This document shows positions 44,239-53,750 of a stretch of DNA of 62,730 bases, piece after piece. The notes beneath the pieces were generated by a model. That model had not been told where the DNA came from. It was given only the letters and a program-made list of their open reading frames with translations, and made no database searches. The DNA is taken from the NCBI GenBank assembly GCA_945882655.1, contig CAMCWL010000001.1, forward strand, positions 1 to 62,730. Direction: 5' to 3'. The position numbers and the translations under genes were made by a program. Position 1 is the stretch's first letter. Every line of letters begins with the position of its first letter. The stretch comes from Opitutus sp. GAS368 (GTDB taxonomy: Bacteria > Verrucomicrobiota > Verrucomicrobiia > Opitutales > UBA953).

Positions 44239-45927
44239 TTAGTCGCCGTCGGTGATGGCGCCCTCGGAGGCCGAGGACACGAGCTTGGCGTATTTGGCCA
44301 AGGTGCCGCGCTTCTCCTTGCAGGGGGAGGCCTTCCAGGCCTTCAGGCGGTTCGCGATCTCCGCGGCCGGTACGTCCAGGTTGATCTCGTTCTTCTGCGA
44401 ATCGATGGTGATGGTGTCGCCGTTCTGCACGACTGCGAGCACACCGCCGACGGCGGCCTCAGGCGTGATGTGGCCGACCACGAAGCCGTGGGAGCCACCG
44501 GAGAAACGTCCGTCGGTGATGAGGGCGACAGTCTTGCCGAGGCCCTTGCCCATGACGGCGCTCGTGGGGCCAAGCATCTCGCGCATGCCCGGTCCGCCCT
44601 TGGGGCCTTCGTTGCGGATGACGATCACGTGCCCGTCCTTGACCTCGCCGTCGAGGATACCGCGGAGCGACGCTTCTTCAGATTCGTAGACGATGGCCTT
44701 ACCGGTGAAGGCGTTGCCTTCCTTGCCGGAAATCTTGGCGACGGAGCCTTCCGGGGCGAGGTTGCCACGCAGGATGCGCAGGTGGCTGTCGGCCTTGATC
44801 GGATTGGAGAAAGGACGGACGACGTCCTGGTCGGCGGCGTAGCTGCCGACGTTCGCGAGATTCTCCGCGACGGTCTTGCCAGTGACGGTCATGCAATGGC
44901 CGTGCAGGAGGCCCTTATCGAGGAGCATCTTGAGCAGCGGCTGGAGGCCGCCGATACGGACGAAGTGCGCCATGTTGTACTTACCGCTCGGCTTGAGGTC
45001 GGCGAGCACCGGCACGCGGCGCCCGACGCGCTCGAAGTCCTCGAGGGTGAGTTTGATGCCCGCAGAATGGGCCATCGCGATGAGGTGGAGCACGGCGTTC
45101 GTCGAACCGCCGAGGGCGATGACCACGGTGATGGCGTTCTCGAAGGCGTCCTTGGAAAGGATATCCGAAGGACGGATGTTCTTCTTGATCAGTTCGAGCA
45201 CGGCTTTGCCGGCACGCTCGCAGTCCTCGAGCTTGGCTTTGGAATTCGCGAGCTGCGCGGAGCTATCCGGCAGGCTGAGTCCGAGCGCTTCAATCGCGGA
45301 GGCCATGGTGTTGGCGGTATACATGCCACCGCACGAGCCTTCGCCGGGGATGGAGCAGACCTCGATTTCCTTGAGCTCGCTCTCGCCGATCTGCTTGCCG
45401 GCATGCTTGCCGACGGCTTCGAAGACGGTGACGATGTCGGCCGACTGGCCACGGTGCAGTCCAGGGACGATCGTGCCGCCGTAGACAAAGACGGAAGGGC
45501 GGTTGAGGCGAGCCATGGCGATGGCGCAGCCAGGCATGTTCTTGTCGCAGCCACCGATGGCGACGAGACCGTCGAAACCTTCGGCGCCGGTCACCGCTTC
45601 GATGGAATCCGCGATGATCTCGCGCGAGACGAGCGAGTAGCGCATGCCAGGGGTGCCCATCGAGATGCCGTCTGAGACGGTGATGGTGCAGAAGATGACC
45701 GCCTTGCCGCCGGCCGCGTCAGCCCCCTTGACGGCTTCGTCTGCCAGCCGGTTGATGTGCATATTGCAGGGGGTGACCATCGACCAGGTCGAGGCGACGC
45801 CCACGACGGGCTTGGCAAAGTCGGCGTCGGTGAAGCCCACGGCCCGGAGCATGGCTCGGCTGGGGGCGCGGTCGGGGCCGTCTACGACGATGGCGGAGTG
45901 TTGGCGGCAGTGGTTGGCGTCAGTCAT
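44239..45927 (-). CDS. ilvD: Dihydroxy-acid dehydratase
   Basis: The start is trimmed to ATG 45927 (MTDANHCRQHSAIVVDGPDRAPSRAMLRAVGF). Has CDKNMPG and TDGRFSGGSHG. Confidence 0.95.
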   Translation of the reverse strand: MTDANHCRQHSAIVVDGPDRAPSRAMLRAVGFTDADFAKPVVGVASTWSMVTPCNMHINRLADEAVKGADAAGGKAVIFCTITVSDGISMGTPGMRYSLVSREIIADSIEAVTGAEGFDGLVAIGGCDKNMPGCAIAMARLNRPSVFVYGGTIVPGLHRGQSADIVTVFEAVGKHAGKQIGESELKEIEVCSIPGEGSCGGMYTANTMASAIEALGLSLPDSSAQLANSKAKLEDCERAGKAVLELIKKNIRPSDILSKDAFENAITVVIALGGSTNAVLHLIAMAHSAGIKLTLEDFERVGRRVPVLADLKPSGKYNMAHFVRIGGLQPLLKMLLDKGLLHGHCMTVTGKTVAENLANVGSYAADQDVVRPFSNPIKADSHLRILRGNLAPEGSVAKISGKEGNAFTGKAIVYESEEASLRGILDGEVKDGHVIVIRNEGPKGGPGMREMLGPTSAVMGKGLGKTVALITDGRFSGGSHGFVVGHITPEAAVGGVLAVVQNGDTITIDSQKNEINLDVPAAEIANRLKAWKASPCKEKRGTLAKYAKLVSSASEGAITDGD

Positions 45928-46044
45928 GATGGGTGTGAAAAGTCTGCGGTTGTCAGTCGGTGAGCGCCCCCTAATAAGAGGGCAGGGAGCGGACTGTGAA
46001 CCGCCCCGTCGCTCCCGACAACCCGATTTAAGCCTCCCCGTCCC

Positions 46045-46830
46045 GTGGAATTCAACCTCAAGAAAATCATCAAGGCCCTCCTGTTCTCGACCTCCGAGGC
46101 GGTGTCCATCAAGGACATCCAGAAGGTCGTACAGCGCTACCACGCCCAGGCGGCCGCCGAGCGCCAGCCCGACCTGCTCGAAGGAGCCGGCGAACCCACG
46201 ATTGTGCCGGCCGCTCAGCCCGTCCAGGAAGTGATCCAGGACATCATCGACCAGGTTCCTACTTTGCTCACGGCCACCCAGATTCGTGAAGCGGTCGACG
46301 CTCTTGAAGCCGAGATGCGCGACGCCAATGACGCCTGCCGGATCTTGCAGGGTCCTGAAGGATTCCGCCTGGTGATCTCTCCGGCCTACGCCGATTGGGT
46401 CCGCCTGCTCCGCGGCGAGCCGCGGCCGCAACGCCTCAGCCCCGCCTCGCTCGAGACGCTCTCGATCGTGGCTTATCGCCAGCCGGTCACCCGCTCGGAG
46501 ATGGAAGCCATCCGCGGTGTCTCCGTCGATAGCGCCCTCAACCGTCTCCTGGAACTCGAGCTCGTCGCCGTCACTGGCCGCGCCGATCTGCCGGGTCGTC
46601 CTATCCAGTACGGCACGACCGACAAGTTCCTCGATTTCACCGGCCTGCGTTCGCTCGGCGAGCTGCCCGCCTCCGACGTCCTTTCGCCCGCTCAGATTTC
46701 CGAATGGATCACCCGTGCGACCACCCCGGTCGAAGTCGGCGATTCCGAAGTCGGCCTGCCGCTTGAAGATCAGTCCTCCGCCGCCATCGCGACAGAGACT
46801 CCGCCCGAAAACGAGAAGCCTGCCGAATGA
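46045..46830 (+). CDS. scpB: Segregation and condensation protein B
   Basis: Has LETLSIVAYRQPVTRSEMEAIRGV and GRADLPGRPIQYGTTDKFLDFTGL. The start is GTG. Confidence 0.88.
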   Translation: MEFNLKKIIKALLFSTSEAVSIKDIQKVVQRYHAQAAAERQPDLLEGAGEPTIVPAAQPVQEVIQDIIDQVPTLLTATQIREAVDALEAEMRDANDACRILQGPEGFRLVISPAYADWVRLLRGEPRPQRLSPASLETLSIVAYRQPVTRSEMEAIRGVSVDSALNRLLELELVAVTGRADLPGRPIQYGTTDKFLDFTGLRSLGELPASDVLSPAQISEWITRATTPVEVGDSEVGLPLEDQSSAAIATETPPENEKPAE

Positions 46831-47894
46831 GCCTCGAAGAGCACCGCCGCGAGGTCGATCGCATCGACCGCGAAATCCTCAAGCTGCTCGGAGAGCGCTT
46901 GCAGGTGGCCCGTGCCATCGGCGAAGCGAAGCTGAAGTCGGGCGCGCCGGTCTACGCTCCGCAACGCGAAGAACAGCTGCTCCGCTCCATCACCGAAGCC
47001 GCGCCGGCAATTCCGGCCTCCGGACTCCGTGCGGTCTACCGCGAGATCATCTCCCTTTCTATCGGGGCCCAGATGGCTAATCCGGTCGCCTACCTCGGGC
47101 CGGAAGGCTCCTTCACCCAGCAGGCTCAGATCCGCGCCTTCGGCACCAGCGTGCCGTCGCTCCCTCTGCGCGCCATTGGCGATATTTTCGCCGCAGTCGA
47201 ATCCGGCGAAGCCTCTTACGGTGTCGTGCCGGTCGAGAACTCCACCGAGGGCGTCGTCAGTCACTCGCTCGACCTGCTCGCCGAATCCGAACTCAAGGTC
47301 GTGGCCCAGGTCACGCTCTCCGTCGAGCAGTGTCTCGTTGGCCAAGGCCCCCTCGACCAAGTGAAGAAGGTCCTCTCGAAGGATATCGCCCTCGCGCAGT
47401 GTCGCGGCTGGCTCTCCCGCCACGTCCCAGGCGCGGCGCTCGTCGAGACTGACAGCACCGCCGCTGCCGTGGAAATCATCGCCCGCGACCCGCAAGGTCA
47501 GGCCGCCGTCGCTTCCGCCACCGCTGCGGAATCGCGCGGCGTCCCCATTCTTGCCCGTGGCATCCAAGATCGCCGCGATAACGCCACGCGCTTCTTCGTC
47601 ATCGCGAAGACGGCCAACACCGTCGGCGCCAAGGATGAGGTCACGAGCGTTGTGCTCACCCTCAAGCATGAGCCGGGCGCGCTCCAGGGCGCGCTGGCCG
47701 CATTCTCCGATCGCGGCATCAACCTGATCCGCATCGAGTCCCGCCCGAGCCATCGTCGTGCCTGGGAGTATCTCTTCTTCATTGATTTCCCAGGTCACTG
47801 GGACACCGCGGCCGTGCAGGCCGCCGTCACCGAACTCAAGGGTCGCTGCGAAGTGGTGAAGTGGTTGGGCAGCTATCCTCAATCCGCCGGATGA
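46827..47894 (+). CDS. pheA: Bifunctional chorismate mutase / prephenate dehydratase
   Basis: An N-terminal CM_2 helix (REVDRIDREILKLLGERL) is followed by PDT (VAYLGPEGSFT, VPVENSTEG) and a C-terminal ACT domain (ESRP). Confidence 0.92.
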   Translation: MSLEEHRREVDRIDREILKLLGERLQVARAIGEAKLKSGAPVYAPQREEQLLRSITEAAPAIPASGLRAVYREIISLSIGAQMANPVAYLGPEGSFTQQAQIRAFGTSVPSLPLRAIGDIFAAVESGEASYGVVPVENSTEGVVSHSLDLLAESELKVVAQVTLSVEQCLVGQGPLDQVKKVLSKDIALAQCRGWLSRHVPGAALVETDSTAAAVEIIARDPQGQAAVASATAAESRGVPILARGIQDRRDNATRFFVIAKTANTVGAKDEVTSVVLTLKHEPGALQGALAAFSDRGINLIRIESRPSHRRAWEYLFFIDFPGHWDTAAVQAAVTELKGRCEVVKWLGSYPQSAG

Positions 47895-48829
47895 GCCGTC
47901 GCGCCCTCGGAGGCATGATGCTAACCGTCCTCGGCGTGGCCGTGCTTTGGTCGGGCTATTCTTGGTGGCGCGCTTGGTCGGCTCCTCTCGTTCACGTGGT
48001 CTTTCGCCCATCCTTCTCGGTTCAGGGCATCTCTTCCGGTACGCCAGTCCGCGTGCAGGGTGTGACGGTCGGGCAGGTGACTTCCATCGGCCTCGATGCC
48101 GACGCCGAGGGGCGCCTCCGTCCGGTCGTCCGAGTGATTCTCGATCCGGGGACCTTGGAAGACCGCGGCTTCGCCGACCGGTTACGCGGTGATCGTCTGC
48201 GCACCGAAGTCGCCAACGGCCTGCGGGTCCGACTCGTCTCGGTGAGCCCGGCGTCCGGCATGCTCCAAGTCGAATTGATATGGGATGCCTCCGCTCCCGC
48301 GCCTACGGAACCCTTGGCCGCCGACGAGATTCCTCCGCTCAGCACTCATCTCCAGAGCAAAATTGCCGGTTTCGTCCAGCAACTGCAGGACATCGCGGAA
48401 AAAGACTTAGTCGGCATCGCGGCCGAGCTCGAGCGCGACTTGGACAGTTTCTATGATGCGACGGACCCCGAGCGCGCCACCCGTTTCTCTGCGATGATCG
48501 TCCGACGGACAGGCGCAGTCCTTGAGGCCACGGGCGACGGTAAGCTCAACGCGCAGAGCGCTCGACTTATCGCCGCTTGTGCCCGCCTTCGTGAAACGGT
48601 CGAGCAGGCTGACCGCAAGATGGATAATGAGACGCTGGCTCTCCTGCAGGTAAGCCTCGCCGACGCCGCCGCGGCGCTGGCCTCCTTTTCTACCTCCCTC
48701 GAAGGTTCGCAGACCCGCATGAACGCCGCTTCGGCTGAATTCTCCGAGCTCTTCCGTGCCGTCTCCGAGGCAGCCCGGACGTGGTCCAAGAAGGCGGCCG
48801 GCCTGACCACGGAACCCCGCCCCCGCTGA
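47891..48829 (+). CDS. MCE-domain (MlaD/PqiB-like) membrane protein with helical C-terminus
   Basis: The start ATG 47891 overlaps the pheA stop (ATGA). A TM helix is followed by GISSGTPVRVQGVTVGQVTSIGLD....VVRVILDP, which looks like an MCE beta-barrel motif. Confidence 0.65.
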   Translation: MSRRALGGMMLTVLGVAVLWSGYSWWRAWSAPLVHVVFRPSFSVQGISSGTPVRVQGVTVGQVTSIGLDADAEGRLRPVVRVILDPGTLEDRGFADRLRGDRLRTEVANGLRVRLVSVSPASGMLQVELIWDASAPAPTEPLAADEIPPLSTHLQSKIAGFVQQLQDIAEKDLVGIAAELERDLDSFYDATDPERATRFSAMIVRRTGAVLEATGDGKLNAQSARLIAACARLRETVEQADRKMDNETLALLQVSLADAAAALASFSTSLEGSQTRMNAASAEFSELFRAVSEAARTWSKKAAGLTTEPRPR

Positions 48830-48885
48830 GGGAACAGGCTTGCGGCGGACCCCCGTAGCGGGGATAGGTTTGGGCCTTACCAGCC

Positions 48886-50388
48886 ATGGCCGACCCGACC
48901 GACAAGATGGAATCCATCATCAACCTGTGCAAACGCCGCGGGTTCGTCTTCCCCTCCTCCGATATCTACGGCGGCTTCAACGGCTTCTTCGACTACGGCC
49001 CTCTCGGCGTCGAGCTGAAGAATAATATCAAACAGGCCTGGTGGCAGGACTTTGTCCACCGTCGCGACGATATCGTCGGCCTCGACTCCTCGATCATCCA
49101 TCACCCGACGACCTGGAAGGCCTCGGGCCACATCGAAAATTTCACCGACCCGCTCGTCGACTGTAAGGAGTCGAAGATGCGCTACCGCGCGGACCAGCTG
49201 TTCTTCGCTCCGGTGCGCGTCGCCGGCGAGACCATCGGTTACGTCTCCGTCCTTGAAGACGACGGTATGCAGGCCAAGGCCGAAGAGATGGCCAACGACA
49301 TGAAGCGCAAGCTCGCCAAGCAGGGCGCGCTCGAGCCGGTGGTACTCAAGGACTACACCGAGTCCACGATTGAGGAGCATGCGCTCATCCCTTCACCTGC
49401 CACCGGCAAGCCGGGTTCGCTCACGCCGCCCCGCTCGTTCAACATGATGTTCCAGACTTACGTCGGCGCCATGCAGGACGCTTCGGCCACGGCCTATCTC
49501 CGCCCGGAGACCGCCCAGGGTATCTTCATCAACTTCAAGAACGTCGTCGACACGGGTCGCGTGAAGCTGCCTTTCGGCATCGCCCAAATCGGTAAGGCTT
49601 TCCGCAACGAAATCAACCCACGCAACTTCATCTTCCGCTCCCGTGAGTTCGAGCAGATGGAGATCGAATACTTCATCTCGCCCTCCTCCGATTGGGCCAC
49701 CGCCCACAAGGATTGGATCGAAGGCTGTCTGGCCTGGTTCGAATCCATCGGTATCCCGCGCGCCAAGCTCTCCCTCTACCCGCACCCGACCGAGAAGCTC
49801 GCCCACTATTCGAAGGGCACTACGGACATCATGTTCGAGTTCCCCTTCGGCGTGCAGGAACTCCAGGGTGTTGCCGCTCGCGGCGACTTTGACCTGACCC
49901 AGCACAGCAACGTCTCGGGCCAGAAGCTCGACTGGTTCGACGAAGTGGCCAAGGCCCGCTATATTCCCCACGTCATCGAGCCCTCTGTTGGTGTCGACCG
50001 CGTGTTCCTCGCCCTCCTGACCACGGCCTACCACGAGGACGAAGTCGAAGGCGAGAAACGCGTCGTGCTTCGCCTGCCGGCTCGCGTCGCTCCGTTCAAG
50101 GCTGCCATCTTCCCGCTGGTGAAGAATAAGCCTGAGCTCGTCGAACGCGCCGAGGCTCTCTACCGCCGCCTGAAGAAGCGCCACAACGTGTTCTATGACG
50201 CTGCTGGGGCCATTGGCCGCCGCTACCGTCGCCAGGACGAGATCGGTACGCCTTTTGGTATCACGATCGACTTCGAGACCATCGAGAAGGGCGCCGGCGT
50301 CACGGTCCGCGACCGCGATACATTGGAGCAGGTGCGTATGACCGAAGACGAGGTCGTCCGCTTCCTCGACGACAAGGTCAACGGCTGA
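48886..50388 (+). CDS. glyQS: Glycine--tRNA ligase (alpha2 homodimeric type)
   Basis: Has [16 protein letters not shown], the class II motifs (FRNEI.PR, GVDR) and a C-terminal anticodon-binding domain. Confidence 0.95.
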   Translation: MADPTDKMESIINLCKRRGFVFPSSDIYGGFNGFFDYGPLGVELKNNIKQAWWQDFVHRRDDIVGLDSSIIHHPTTWKASGHIENFTDPLVDCKESKMRYRADQLFFAPVRVAGETIGYVSVLEDDGMQAKAEEMANDMKRKLAKQGALEPVVLKDYTESTIEEHALIPSPATGKPGSLTPPRSFNMMFQTYVGAMQDASATAYLRPETAQGIFINFKNVVDTGRVKLPFGIAQIGKAFRNEINPRNFIFRSREFEQMEIEYFISPSSDWATAHKDWIEGCLAWFESIGIPRAKLSLYPHPTEKLAHYSKGTTDIMFEFPFGVQELQGVAARGDFDLTQHSNVSGQKLDWFDEVAKARYIPHVIEPSVGVDRVFLALLTTAYHEDEVEGEKRVVLRLPARVAPFKAAIFPLVKNKPELVERAEALYRRLKKRHNVFYDAAGAIGRRYRRQDEIGTPFGITIDFETIEKGAGVTVRDRDTLEQVRMTEDEVVRFLDDKVNG

Positions 50389-52069
50389 CCTTCGCCGGCG
50401 CGCCCGCGAGATCTTCTGCTAGCTTGGCGATGCGTCGCTTCCCGCAAAGGGAGGCGGCGATCGTCAGGTTGCGTAGGCCTTGGGGTAGGTGCGCCAGGTA
50501 TTCCGTACGGCCCTTCTTATGGCCGAGGAAGCCGTAGGCGCCGCAGGCCTGCAGGAGGCGTTGCGTCGCAGCGACGTGGAAGAGGTAGGAGAATTCGTCG
50601 CTGGAACCTTTCCAGTCGGAGACCTCACGTGCATGGTCCTCGATCTCAATACGCCACAGGTCCATGTCATTGCGCGTGAGGTAAGGGTCGAACGCGAGGG
50701 AGGCGAAGTCGTAGAACATGCAGCCATGGCGCAGGCCCTGCAGGTCGATCAGCCAGGCGGAATCGTCGCGGACCATGATGTTTTGCGACTGGAAGTCGCG
50801 ATGGATCGTGACGACGGGCTGACCCATGAGTTCCTTGGCGAGCGAGGCCATCTCATCGGCGACAGCTCGGTCGGGCTTACGGCCGCCGAGGGCGTTGTCC
50901 TGGAAATACTGACGCTCCCACTGATAGAGATTCGGACCGAATGACTCCATGAGCGTGACGCCGGAGCCAGCGAAGGCGTCGACGCCGAGTCGATGGATAC
51001 CGGCGACTTGTTCGAGGGCCGAGGCGACGGGCGCCCACGGGAATGCGGAGCCTTGGGCGAGCGACCAGAGGTTAGTGTCACCGAGGTCTTCGAGGATGAG
51101 CACGCCCGTGGCCTTATCTTCGGCGAGCACCTGCGGGACCTGGACGCCAATCTTGTCGCGCAGCACGCCCGCGATGGCGCCATAGAGCTGGTTCTCCGGA
51201 CGTGAATCATCGTAGACGCACAGTACGGCAGACTCGCCGGAGGTATTGCGCATGCGGTTGAACTTACGGCCGGAGCCACCCTTGAGCACTTCGCCGCCCG
51301 CGGTCAGTTCGTAGCCATAAGCCTTGGCGGCGTCGGCGCCGGAGATTGCCCCACGTACGGGCTTTTCGTGCTCGGCCTTCACGGCCTGATATTCTTCGAC
51401 GGTGCCGAGGTCATGCCAGCTGGCGGAAGCGTCGAGGAATCCTTGGATGCTATTGGGCTCGGCTTGGAGACGGCGCAGGAAATGTTCGACCAGCGATTCG
51501 ATCGTGGCGGGAACGCCTTGGACGAAGGCCTTGGTGACGACGCAGATACCGGTGTACTGGTAGGAGGGATCGGTCTTGCCGAGGCGGTCGCGCATATCGG
51601 TCACGAAGCCTTCATCGGTGATGCGGACGTTACGGTTGGGGCCCTGTTCGCGGACGACAAGCGTCGCGGCGCCGCCATTGGCGAGGTGGTGCGCGTAGGC
51701 TGCGGCGATGTCGCAGCCAGAGAGGATGTCGCCATTCCAGAGGATGAGGTCCTTATCGTCCTCGCCGAGCAGGCCGGCGATGTTCGCGAGGCCGCCGCCG
51801 GTCTCGAGTAGCACGGGCTCATGCACGAGCTTCACTTCGGCGTCGCCGAAGCGACCAGAGGGGAAGGCGAGCGTCCAGGCTTCGGGGCAGTGGTGCGTGT
51901 TGATGATGAAACGGCGCGTACCGGCGGCATGGAGCTTTTCCATCGCTTGCACGACCATCGGCCGTCCGCCGATCGGTAGCAGGGGCTTGGGGCAGTTTTC
52001 AGTGAGCGGACGCAGGCGCGTGCCGAGGCCAGCTCCGAGGAGGAAGGCGGTACGAGGGAAATCAGGCAT
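50378..52069 (-). CDS. Fusion protein: sugar-1-phosphate nucleotidyltransferase (MurU-like) plus anomeric sugar kinase (AmgK-like phosphotransferase)
   Basis: The N-terminus has [27 protein letters not shown] (NTP-transferase G-loop). The C-terminus has the APH-fold motifs [20 protein letters not shown] and LIDLQG. Confidence 0.75.
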   Translation of the reverse strand: MPDFPRTAFLLGAGLGTRLRPLTENCPKPLLPIGGRPMVVQAMEKLHAAGTRRFIINTHHCPEAWTLAFPSGRFGDAEVKLVHEPVLLETGGGLANIAGLLGEDDKDLILWNGDILSGCDIAAAYAHHLANGGAATLVVREQGPNRNVRITDEGFVTDMRDRLGKTDPSYQYTGICVVTKAFVQGVPATIESLVEHFLRRLQAEPNSIQGFLDASASWHDLGTVEEYQAVKAEHEKPVRGAISGADAAKAYGYELTAGGEVLKGGSGRKFNRMRNTSGESAVLCVYDDSRPENQLYGAIAGVLRDKIGVQVPQVLAEDKATGVLILEDLGDTNLWSLAQGSAFPWAPVASALEQVAGIHRLGVDAFAGSGVTLMESFGPNLYQWERQYFQDNALGGRKPDRAVADEMASLAKELMGQPVVTIHRDFQSQNIMVRDDSAWLIDLQGLRHGCMFYDFASLAFDPYLTRNDMDLWRIEIEDHAREVSDWKGSSDEFSYLFHVAATQRLLQACGAYGFLGHKKGRTEYLAHLPQGLRNLTIAASLCGKRRIAKLAEDLAGAPAKVSR

Positions 52070-52538
52070 GAGAAGATTGGGTGCAGGCCGGGCAGATGCC
52101 GTAGATCTCCATGATATGGGTCAGTTCGGCATAGCCTTTGGTGCGGGCGGCGGCTTCGAGCCGCGAGGTGTCGCAGCCGGGCAGTCGGTCGATTCGGCCG
52201 CAACGGCGGCAGATGACGTGGTGATGATGGTGGCCAGGCGAGACGAGGGCGTAGAGGCTACGGCCGCGCTCGAGCGGGTGACGCTGGACGATGCCGGCGT
52301 CGTCCATGGCGCCAAGGCTTCGGTAGATCGTGACGAGGTCCAGTTTGTCGTCGCCGGCCGCCTCATGAACCTGTTCGGCGCTGAGGGGGTGTTTCGCCGC
52401 CGCGAGGACCTTGAGCATGGCTAACCGAGGGGAAGTGACCCGCATGGCCTTCTCCTTCATGCGGAGGACGGCCGCTTCGATGCGATCGTCGGAGCCCTGC
52501 CCGCAGCATCCTTCCTCATGGCGGTGGCCTTGGGACAT
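52062..52538 (-). CDS. Fur-family metalloregulator (Zur/Fur/PerR-like)
   Basis: Has a wHTH (RVTSPRLAMLKVLAA..PLSAEQV), HHHHHVICRRCG and the C-terminal CPAC. The start is uncertain: ATG 52538 gives a His/Cys-rich extension, while an internal Met gives about 132 aa. Confidence 0.8.
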   Translation of the reverse strand: MSQGHRHEEGCCGQGSDDRIEAAVLRMKEKAMRVTSPRLAMLKVLAAAKHPLSAEQVHEAAGDDKLDLVTIYRSLGAMDDAGIVQRHPLERGRSLYALVSPGHHHHHVICRRCGRIDRLPGCDTSRLEAAARTKGYAELTHIMEIYGICPACTQSSHA

Positions 52539-52625
52539 GTCCCGTAGGTTTGGGCTCGTTTATGACGAGGCAACAACGAATGGCCACTTGCCTCCCGCCC
52601 GGGTCTGGTTTGGCTGGATGAGTCC

Positions 52626-53750
52626 ATGTCCGACCGTCTGGCTAATCCGACCTCCGCTCGCGAGCTCTGCCCGGTCTCGTTCCGCGACTTTGTCTCATCG
52701 GAGCCATTCAAACTCGAGTTGGGCGGCGAACTGCCGTCCTTGACGCTCCGCTACGAGACCTACGGAACTCTGCTGCCCGACAAGTCTAACGCGATCCTGG
52801 TCCCCCATGCCCTCAGTGGCGACCATCACGTGGCGGGCCGTTACTCCGCTGAAGACCGTAAGCCGGGCTGGTGGGATTGCTTTGTAGGCCCGGGCAAGGC
52901 CATCGACACCAATCGCTTCTTCGTCATCGGCGTGAACTGCATCGGCGGCTGCCGCGGTTCGACCGGCCCGCTCTCGACCGACCCTCGTACGGGAAAGCCT
53001 TACGGCGGTTATTTCCCGGAGATTACCCTTGGCGATATCGTCCGCGCCCAGCGCTTATTGGTCCGTCATCTCGGTATCGCAAAGCTCCATGCCGTCGTCG
53101 GCGGCTCGATGGGCGGCATGCAGGCCCTCATCTGGTGCGCCGATTACCAGGCCGAGGTTGGCCGAATCGTGGTGCTTGCCGCTGGCCTGAGCCAGTCGCC
53201 CATGGCGATCGCGCTGAACGCTGTTTCGCGCGCCTGCGTGGAGCGCGACCCGAATTTCCGTGGTGGGCATTATGTCCCCGGCGAAGGGCCCGACTCGGGC
53301 TTGGCGATCGGCCGCATGATCGCGCACATCAGCTACCTCTCTTCGGCTTCGTTTGAGCAGAAGTTCGGCCGCGCCAAGGTCCCGGGCGCTGGCTCCGGCG
53401 ATGCCGTGCACTGGCAGGTCGAAAGCTACCTGGAACATCAGGGGAAGTCGTTCGTCCAGCGCTTCGACGCCAATAGCTGGCTGCGGATCACCCGCGCTGT
53501 CGATCGCTTCGATATGACCGCCCGAGCTTCATCCGGTACGCTCTTCACATCGGACGGTCCGGATGTACTCGCAATCGGCTTCTCCAGCGACTGGCTCTAT
53601 CCGACGAGTGAGCTGCGCATGCTCCTCGCCGCGGCCACCGCGGTCGGGGTCAACGCCGCCTATCATGAGGTCGTGACGGATGCTGGCCATGACGGCTTCC
53701 TGCTGCCCGATACCGGGCTATCGGTTCGACTGCACGCCTTCTTGGGCTGA
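52626..53750 (+). CDS. metX: Homoserine O-acetyltransferase
   Basis: Has the alpha/beta hydrolase nucleophile elbow VVGGSMGGMQAL, HALSGDHH and DAGHDGFLL. Confidence 0.92.
   Translation: MSDRLANPTSARELCPVSFRDFVSSEPFKLELGGELPSLTLRYETYGTLLPDKSNAILVPHALSGDHHVAGRYSAEDRKPGWWDCFVGPGKAIDTNRFFVIGVNCIGGCRGSTGPLSTDPRTGKPYGGYFPEITLGDIVRAQRLLVRHLGIAKLHAVVGGSMGGMQALIWCADYQAEVGRIVVLAAGLSQSPMAIALNAVSRACVERDPNFRGGHYVPGEGPDSGLAIGRMIAHISYLSSASFEQKFGRAKVPGAGSGDAVHWQVESYLEHQGKSFVQRFDANSWLRITRAVDRFDMTARASSGTLFTSDGPDVLAIGFSSDWLYPTSELRMLLAAATAVGVNAAYHEVVTDAGHDGFLLPDTGLSVRLHAFLG

Noticed and set aside
52539-52625. Possible SAM riboswitch upstream of metX
   Set aside because: The 87-nt spacer is too short for SAM-I, and I could not find the SAM-II/SAM-V pseudoknot core. 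Only loose GGUUUGGCU-like strings are present. A covariance-model scan (Rfam SAM-II, SAM-V, SAM-I/IV) would be needed to overturn this.
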